Source: a virus (taxonomy: Duplodnaviria; Caudoviricetes). From it: a DNA stretch of 59,528 nucleotides. Location of the stretch: positions 1-59,528 of the IMG/VR virus record IMGVR_UViG_3300037780_000215. The stretch is one strand, 5' to 3'. Within the stretch, counting starts at the first letter, position 1; each line of letters opens with the position of its first letter. Below are positions 54,916-59,528 of the stretch, in pieces. Below the pieces are notes generated by a model. That model made no database searches. It was not told where the DNA came from and worked only from the letters and a program-made list of their open reading frames with translations. The translations under genes were made by a program, and so were the position numbers.

Positions 54916-56492
54916 GCCACCCCATCCCAGACGCCGCTCTTGAGCGCGCCGTCGGCATCGTCGGCACGACCGGCGCCGGCAAGACCTACGTGGCGAAGGG
55001 CTGCGTCGAACGGCTCCTGGATCAGGGCCGCCGGACCTGCATCGTGGATCCGACCGGGGTCTGGTACGGGCTGCGCGCCCGGGCCGACGCCGAGCCCGGT
55101 TATCCGGTTGCGATCTTCGGCGGCGACCACGCCGATATCCCGATCACCGAGGACTCCGCACTGGCGCTGGCCGAGCTGATCGGCGGGGGAGACCATGCCG
55201 CCATCGTCGATGTTTCGGAAATGTCGATGGGCGGCCGGGTCCGGTTTCTCACCGAGTTCCTGACCGCGCTCTATACCGAGAACCGCCGGGCCCTTCACCT
55301 CGTGCTCGACGAAGCCGACGAGATGGCGCCGCAGTCGCCGATGCCTGAGACGCGCCGGCTTCTGCACGCCGTCGATCGCATCGTCCGTCGTGGCCGGGTC
55401 CGCGGCTTCCGGCCCATGATGATCACGCAGCGGCCGGCAGTGATCCACAAGAACGTCCTCAGCCAGATCGGCACCCTGATCGCGCTCAAGCTGACGAGCC
55501 CGCAGGATCGCAAGGCGGTCGAGGATTGGGTGAAGGGCAATGCCGACGCCAGTCAGGCTCGCGAGGTCGTGGACAGCCTGCCGACGCTTGATACCGGCGA
55601 AGGCTGGGTCTGGTCGCCGGCCGATGATGTGCTGGTGCGCACACAATTTCCGGCTATCCAGACGCTCGACACCAGCGCGACCCCGGATGCCGATAGCGAC
55701 GCGGCGGGCGCGGCGACGCTCGCCCCTATCGACATAGACGCGATCAGCGCAGCGTTCGCGGAGGCCGGAGCGTCGGAGGCGGCGCTGGATGAGGCAGCGC
55801 AAGGCGTGGACCGGAAGGTCGTCGAGAAGGCCGAAAAAGCGGCCTATGAGCGCGGTTTCGCCGATGGGCGGCACAGGGGCGCGGAAGACGAGCGAGGACG
55901 CTGGGCGGCCGCTGTGCGCGAGCTGGCGGTGAAAATGGGCGGGGCCGCACCGGACGAGCCGACTTCCACCAGCGCGGCGCCGCCAGCACCGAAGCCGGTC
56001 AAGGCCAAACCGCGCCCCGCGTCCGATGGCGCCCTCCCCGCTTCCGCGATGCCGTGGCTGGAAGTCATGGCCCGCGTCGAGCCTATGACCCTGACCTGGG
56101 CGAGCCTCGCGATCATGATCGGCAAGAAGGCGCGCGGCGGACACTTCAACACCGTGCGGCGCGCCATCCTGGAGGGAGGATATGCAAGAGACTCAGGCTC
56201 CGGCGTGTCCCTCACCGAGAATGGCTGGGCTGAGGTCGGCGGGAAGCAACACGACGACCGAGGCCTCATGGAACGCCTCATTGATGCCCTGCCCACCCTG
56301 CCGGCCGACATCGTGCGCACACTGCGCGACAGCGCCTACCCCATGACGACTGAGCAGATCGCGGAAGTCTTGGGTAAGGCCCCGCGCGGCGGCTACTGGA
56401 ACACCGGCATGCGCATCCTGCGAGACGGCGGGATCATCGCGGAGACCGGCCCCTACGAGCTGCCAGCCTGGCTGAAGGATAGCAACCAATGA
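54912..56492 (+). CDS. HerA/FtsK-like P-loop ATPase with C-terminal winged-helix-like repeats
   Basis: GTTGAGKT, IVDPTG, LVLDEA, RRGR.RG, ITQRPA. Confidence 0.85.
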   Translation: MSHPIPDAALERAVGIVGTTGAGKTYVAKGCVERLLDQGRRTCIVDPTGVWYGLRARADAEPGYPVAIFGGDHADIPITEDSALALAELIGGGDHAAIVDVSEMSMGGRVRFLTEFLTALYTENRRALHLVLDEADEMAPQSPMPETRRLLHAVDRIVRRGRVRGFRPMMITQRPAVIHKNVLSQIGTLIALKLTSPQDRKAVEDWVKGNADASQAREVVDSLPTLDTGEGWVWSPADDVLVRTQFPAIQTLDTSATPDADSDAAGAATLAPIDIDAISAAFAEAGASEAALDEAAQGVDRKVVEKAEKAAYERGFADGRHRGAEDERGRWAAAVRELAVKMGGAAPDEPTSTSAAPPAPKPVKAKPRPASDGALPASAMPWLEVMARVEPMTLTWASLAIMIGKKARGGHFNTVRRAILEGGYARDSGSGVSLTENGWAEVGGKQHDDRGLMERLIDALPTLPADIVRTLRDSAYPMTTEQIAEVLGKAPRGGYWNTGMRILRDGGIIAETGPYELPAWLKDSNQ

Positions 56493-56665
56493 CCGCCCTC
56501 CTGATCCCCTTCGCGCTGGGCTTTGTGGCCGCGCTTTACATCAAGGGCCGTTCGGCCTGGGAGCGCGATCAGATCCGAGCCGGCCGCGAGATCACCCCGA
56601 AATGGTTCGACCCGAACAGGCCGGAGCCCCGCAAGCGGGTTCGGCGCCGGGCACATGGAGACTGA
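56489..56665 (+). CDS. Small membrane protein (58 aa)
   Basis: MTALLIPFALGFVAALYIKG; ATGA coupling; not in the supplied ORF track. Confidence 0.5.
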   Translation: MTALLIPFALGFVAALYIKGRSAWERDQIRAGREITPKWFDPNRPEPRKRVRRRAHGD

Positions 56666-56666
56666 T

Positions 56667-56966
56667 ATGGAAGAGAAGACGACGACCACTTGGTACTGCA
56701 TCACAAGCTATCGCTCAGACATCCGCCCGGTCGAGGTGGTCAAAGAGACCGAGAAGACGGTGACTCTGCAGGAGACAGATTGGCGCGGCCTACCTCGGGA
56801 GCGGCGGGCCAGAAAGGACGGCTATGATCGGTTCTTTCCGACATGGGAGGAAGCGCACTCAGTGATGCTGGAGCGTTCCGAGCGCAAGCTGACATCCGCC
56901 AAGGAGGCGGTTCAAGCTGCTGAGGCGAGGCTGAAAGAGGTCAAGGCCCTGACCAAACCGCAGTGA
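56667..56966 (+). CDS. Hypothetical protein
   Basis: GGAG RBS; VEVVKETEKTV...FFPTWEEA motif. Confidence 0.65.
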   Translation: MEEKTTTTWYCITSYRSDIRPVEVVKETEKTVTLQETDWRGLPRERRARKDGYDRFFPTWEEAHSVMLERSERKLTSAKEAVQAAEARLKEVKALTKPQ

Positions 56967-56991
56967 GCCCAACCCCCTACAGGAGACTGAT

Positions 56992-57840
56992 ATGGAAGAG
57001 AAGATTCAGGCGGCGATTGACGCTTGGCAGAATGATCCTGACGCCAATCCGCATTTCCCGGAAGACGGGGAGCAGACGCTTGCCCAAGCTATCGCCCAAG
57101 CCCTCTCTGACCCCGGTGTATGCGTGGGGGCGGACGCAACTGAAATTGGAATAGCGGTCCGCACTGCCGCTGAGAGCGATGAAGGCCTCGCGCTTGTACA
57201 CGGCTCCGATGAAGACCGTTACCTACTGATCGGAAACGCCGCCATCTCCTGTCTCAAGACACGGACAGTGGAGGAGGTACGCCGGGAATACCTGGAGGAG
57301 CTTGTTTCTGACAGCGGAGAGTTCAATGCCGCCCTAGCCGAAGCCCGTGCAGAAGGAGCGCGTGCGGGCCGGGAGCTGGTGGGGGCTGCAGCAGCTCTGT
57401 TCAGAGACATGGTTATCCGGGCACGAATGAACGCATGGATGAACGACGGGGAGGTCATTGTCGAGGCTGGCCGCGGCGTTTGGGAGCGTTTCTGCGATGC
57501 TCTTGGGGAAGAAGTAACCACCTCCGCCCTCGCCAATACCCCGGAAGAGCCTGATGACGACCTGACCACCGCTTATCTGCTCGGCGTGCATGACTCCAAA
57601 CGGGCCAATACCCCGGATGGGTGGCGGGACCCCGAAACGATTTCCAGCGCGGATGATCTGGCGGACGGCCGCCTTCTGCCTGCGGTGGTCGACGGAGAAA
57701 TCCGTGCGGTTCGATACGGCAAGACCTCGCATGTCCCACTCTATGGCTGGTGCCTTGCGGATCAGGGTGCAGAAGAGTTCGACCTGTGCAGGCCCAGCCT
57801 AATCTATGCCCTCCCCCAGCCACCGGAGGTGAAGGAATGA
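56992..57840 (+). CDS. Hypothetical mosaic protein
   Basis: AGGAG RBS; C-terminal LPQPPE. Confidence 0.65.
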   Translation: MEEKIQAAIDAWQNDPDANPHFPEDGEQTLAQAIAQALSDPGVCVGADATEIGIAVRTAAESDEGLALVHGSDEDRYLLIGNAAISCLKTRTVEEVRREYLEELVSDSGEFNAALAEARAEGARAGRELVGAAAALFRDMVIRARMNAWMNDGEVIVEAGRGVWERFCDALGEEVTTSALANTPEEPDDDLTTAYLLGVHDSKRANTPDGWRDPETISSADDLADGRLLPAVVDGEIRAVRYGKTSHVPLYGWCLADQGAEEFDLCRPSLIYALPQPPEVKE

Positions 57841-58211
57841 CGGACGAAGCGGATATGTATTGCGAGCATGCCGACTCGATAGACGAGAATGGCTACTGCC
57901 CGATTTGCGATGCCGAGTGGGGTCCCGATGAAGCGGCCCGCAGCGAAGAGCGCCGGGATCGCGACAACCTCATAGCCGTCGCTCAAAAGGCAATCAACGA
58001 TATCCAAGCAGAACGCCGCCGGGCCGCTGGTATCTGTGTAGCTGAGGCTAGGGCGTGCAATCGCGTTATCGTGTCGGAAGGCATCGCCGCTGCGCTAGCC
58101 CTCCAGCAGGGCAAGGCGTGGGCCGCTACGGCCAGCGTGGAGCAAATGAGCCTCCACCGCGGACGCCGTGACGCCCTCATCTCCGCAGCCCGCAAGATCA
58201 TGGGGAAGTAG
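57837..58211 (+). CDS. Hypothetical protein
   Basis: Coupled; CEH...CPIC. Confidence 0.6.
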   Translation: MTDEADMYCEHADSIDENGYCPICDAEWGPDEAARSEERRDRDNLIAVAQKAINDIQAERRRAAGICVAEARACNRVIVSEGIAAALALQQGKAWAATASVEQMSLHRGRRDALISAARKIMGK

Positions 58212-58212
58212 T

Positions 58213-58557
58213 ATGGGCGCCGCTCGGAAGATCGACACTGATGCCCCGCCGCCGGTCGCCCCGCGCTGGCGCGATGACGTCGTGGCCGAAGAGCTGGGCG
58301 TGACCGTCGTTTGGCTCCGGCGCGAAATTCTGGATAAGGTGAAGGGCACCTGCCTGAAGACCGGGCGGTCGCGGTACCTCACAGAGCGTCACATCAAGAA
58401 GGTCGAGGCCATCATGGAAGCCATGGCCTCCGAGAAAGCAGAGGAGCGCGAATGTCGCTCAACCTCTACCGCCGCCCGTCCGGCATCTGGTACATCCGTG
58501 GGACGTTCAAAGGCGTCCGGGTGGATCAAAGCGCTCGAACTCGCTCAAAGAAAATAG
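58213..58557 (+). CDS. Excisionase-like HTH protein
   Basis: VAEELGVTVVWLRR...KTGRSRYLTE; overlaps the integrase 5' end. Confidence 0.6.
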   Translation: MGAARKIDTDAPPPVAPRWRDDVVAEELGVTVVWLRREILDKVKGTCLKTGRSRYLTERHIKKVEAIMEAMASEKAEERECRSTSTAARPASGTSVGRSKASGWIKALELAQRK

Positions 58558-59528
58558 CCGATGAAGAGCGCCAGGCGCTCGAGGCCCAGATACAGACCGA
58601 GTCGATCCACGGGCGAGCCGCCGTCATAGGCTTCGCCGACGCCGCAATCCTCTACATGCAGGACATCGGCAAAAAGCGGTTCCTCGCCCCGCTGATCACC
58701 TATTTCAAAGACAAGCCCATTTCGAAGATCGGGCCGGCCGATCTGGAAGAAGCGGCGAGGCAGCTCTATCCAAACGCAAAGCCTGCGACACGTCGGCGGC
58801 AAGCGATCACACCAGCGAAGGCGGTGATCAGCCATGCAAAGGGCGAGCGGCCGAAGCGACGTTCCGGCGAGGAGCCGCGGCCGCGCTGGCTCCGCGTCGA
58901 AGAGGCTGACGCACTGATCCACAATGCCGGTCGCATGGCGCCCCTCATCACGTTCCTGCTGAACACGGGTGTTCGCGTCGGCCAAGCGCTGCAGCTTGAA
59001 TGGGACGATGTGGATCTGGACGACTGCCGCGCCTGGGTTCAGAAGTCCAAGCAGTCGCCGGCGCGCTGGGTCTATTTCGGGCGGAGATGCCGGGCGGCGC
59101 TGGCCTCGCTGAACGATCGCGAAGGCGCGGTCTTTCGCACGCCGAAGGGCAATGCCTATCGTCTCGGGGATGGGGAAAGCGGCGGGAACCCGATCAAACG
59201 CGGGTTCGACAAAGCCAAGGCGGCCGCAGGCCTTGGGGGGGACGTAACGCCGCACATTCTCCGCCACACATGGGCGACATGGGCGTATGCTGTCCGCAGC
59301 GATCCGTATCGGATCGGAGAGATTGGAGGCTGGTCGGGTGGGCAGATGCCGCGCTACTACGTCAAGCTGGCGCCTATCGGATATGGCGAGAAGGTGCTTG
59401 CCGCAGGCTGGGAGTTGTTCCCGCCAGAACGCGGCGAGAACGAATCTCCCACATATCTCCCAACCGCTTCCCACGATTCACGCGATGTTCCGCAATCTCA
59501 CGACAAAACGGAACGCAGCTCAAAATGA
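58452..59528 (+). CDS. int: Tyrosine integrase
   Basis: TGVRVGQAL.L.W, HILRHTWAT, GGW....RYY; N-terminal arm-binding WYIRGT. Confidence 0.92.
   Translation: MSLNLYRRPSGIWYIRGTFKGVRVDQSARTRSKKIADEERQALEAQIQTESIHGRAAVIGFADAAILYMQDIGKKRFLAPLITYFKDKPISKIGPADLEEAARQLYPNAKPATRRRQAITPAKAVISHAKGERPKRRSGEEPRPRWLRVEEADALIHNAGRMAPLITFLLNTGVRVGQALQLEWDDVDLDDCRAWVQKSKQSPARWVYFGRRCRAALASLNDREGAVFRTPKGNAYRLGDGESGGNPIKRGFDKAKAAAGLGGDVTPHILRHTWATWAYAVRSDPYRIGEIGGWSGGQMPRYYVKLAPIGYGEKVLAAGWELFPPERGENESPTYLPTASHDSRDVPQSHDKTERSSK

Larger units (their letters stand above)
1..59528. mobile_element. Temperate siphovirus prophage (HK97-type head, long non-contractile tail) of an alphaproteobacterium
   Basis: Complete lambdoid gene order: lysis-tail-head-terminase / accessory / replication-cro / cI-recombination-xis-int. 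att sites were not identified because the window ends at CDS boundaries. Confidence 0.95.

Noticed and set aside
59400-59528. attR/attP core or tRNA target near the integrase end
   Set aside because: No matching repeat at the left end and no tRNA fragment recognised; the flanks are outside the window.

Overview
The window is a near-complete, high-GC temperate siphovirus (prophage) of an alphaproteobacterium. A Caulobacterales/Maricaulales-like host is inferred from the GcrA-, GapR- and PraR/PhrR-type XRE homologues. It runs from the endolysin stop codon (1) to the integrase stop codon (59528). On the minus strand, 1-26.8 kb holds the lysis, tail fibre/tip, tape measure, tail, head-tail, HK97-type head, terminase and HNH genes. 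On the plus strand, 26.9-32 kb is an accessory island of small ORFs, four XRE-HTH genes and a beta-clamp homologue. On the minus strand, 32.6-45 kb holds cro, a CII-like gene, GapR, RuvC, HNH, three DNA methyltransferases, GcrA, DnaB and an initiator. On the plus strand, 45-59.5 kb holds cI, a lipoprotein, ERF/YqaJ/NinB recombination genes, a HerA-like ATPase, xis and int. The main signals are four. (1) Three translationally coupled genes resembling CMP-ulosonic-acid transferases (Maf-like, GT29 sialyltransferase-like, KpsC/S-like) lie between the capsid genes and the head-tail connector, a candidate virion glycosylation system. (2) An acr-aca-like island sits next to the presumed cos end, with palindromic promoter operators and a repeated, covarying hairpin motif in its intergenic spacers. 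(3) A nested alternative-frame ORF lies inside the C5 methyltransferase. (4) No terminase small subunit gene is visible. All family assignments come from motif recognition by eye, not database searches.
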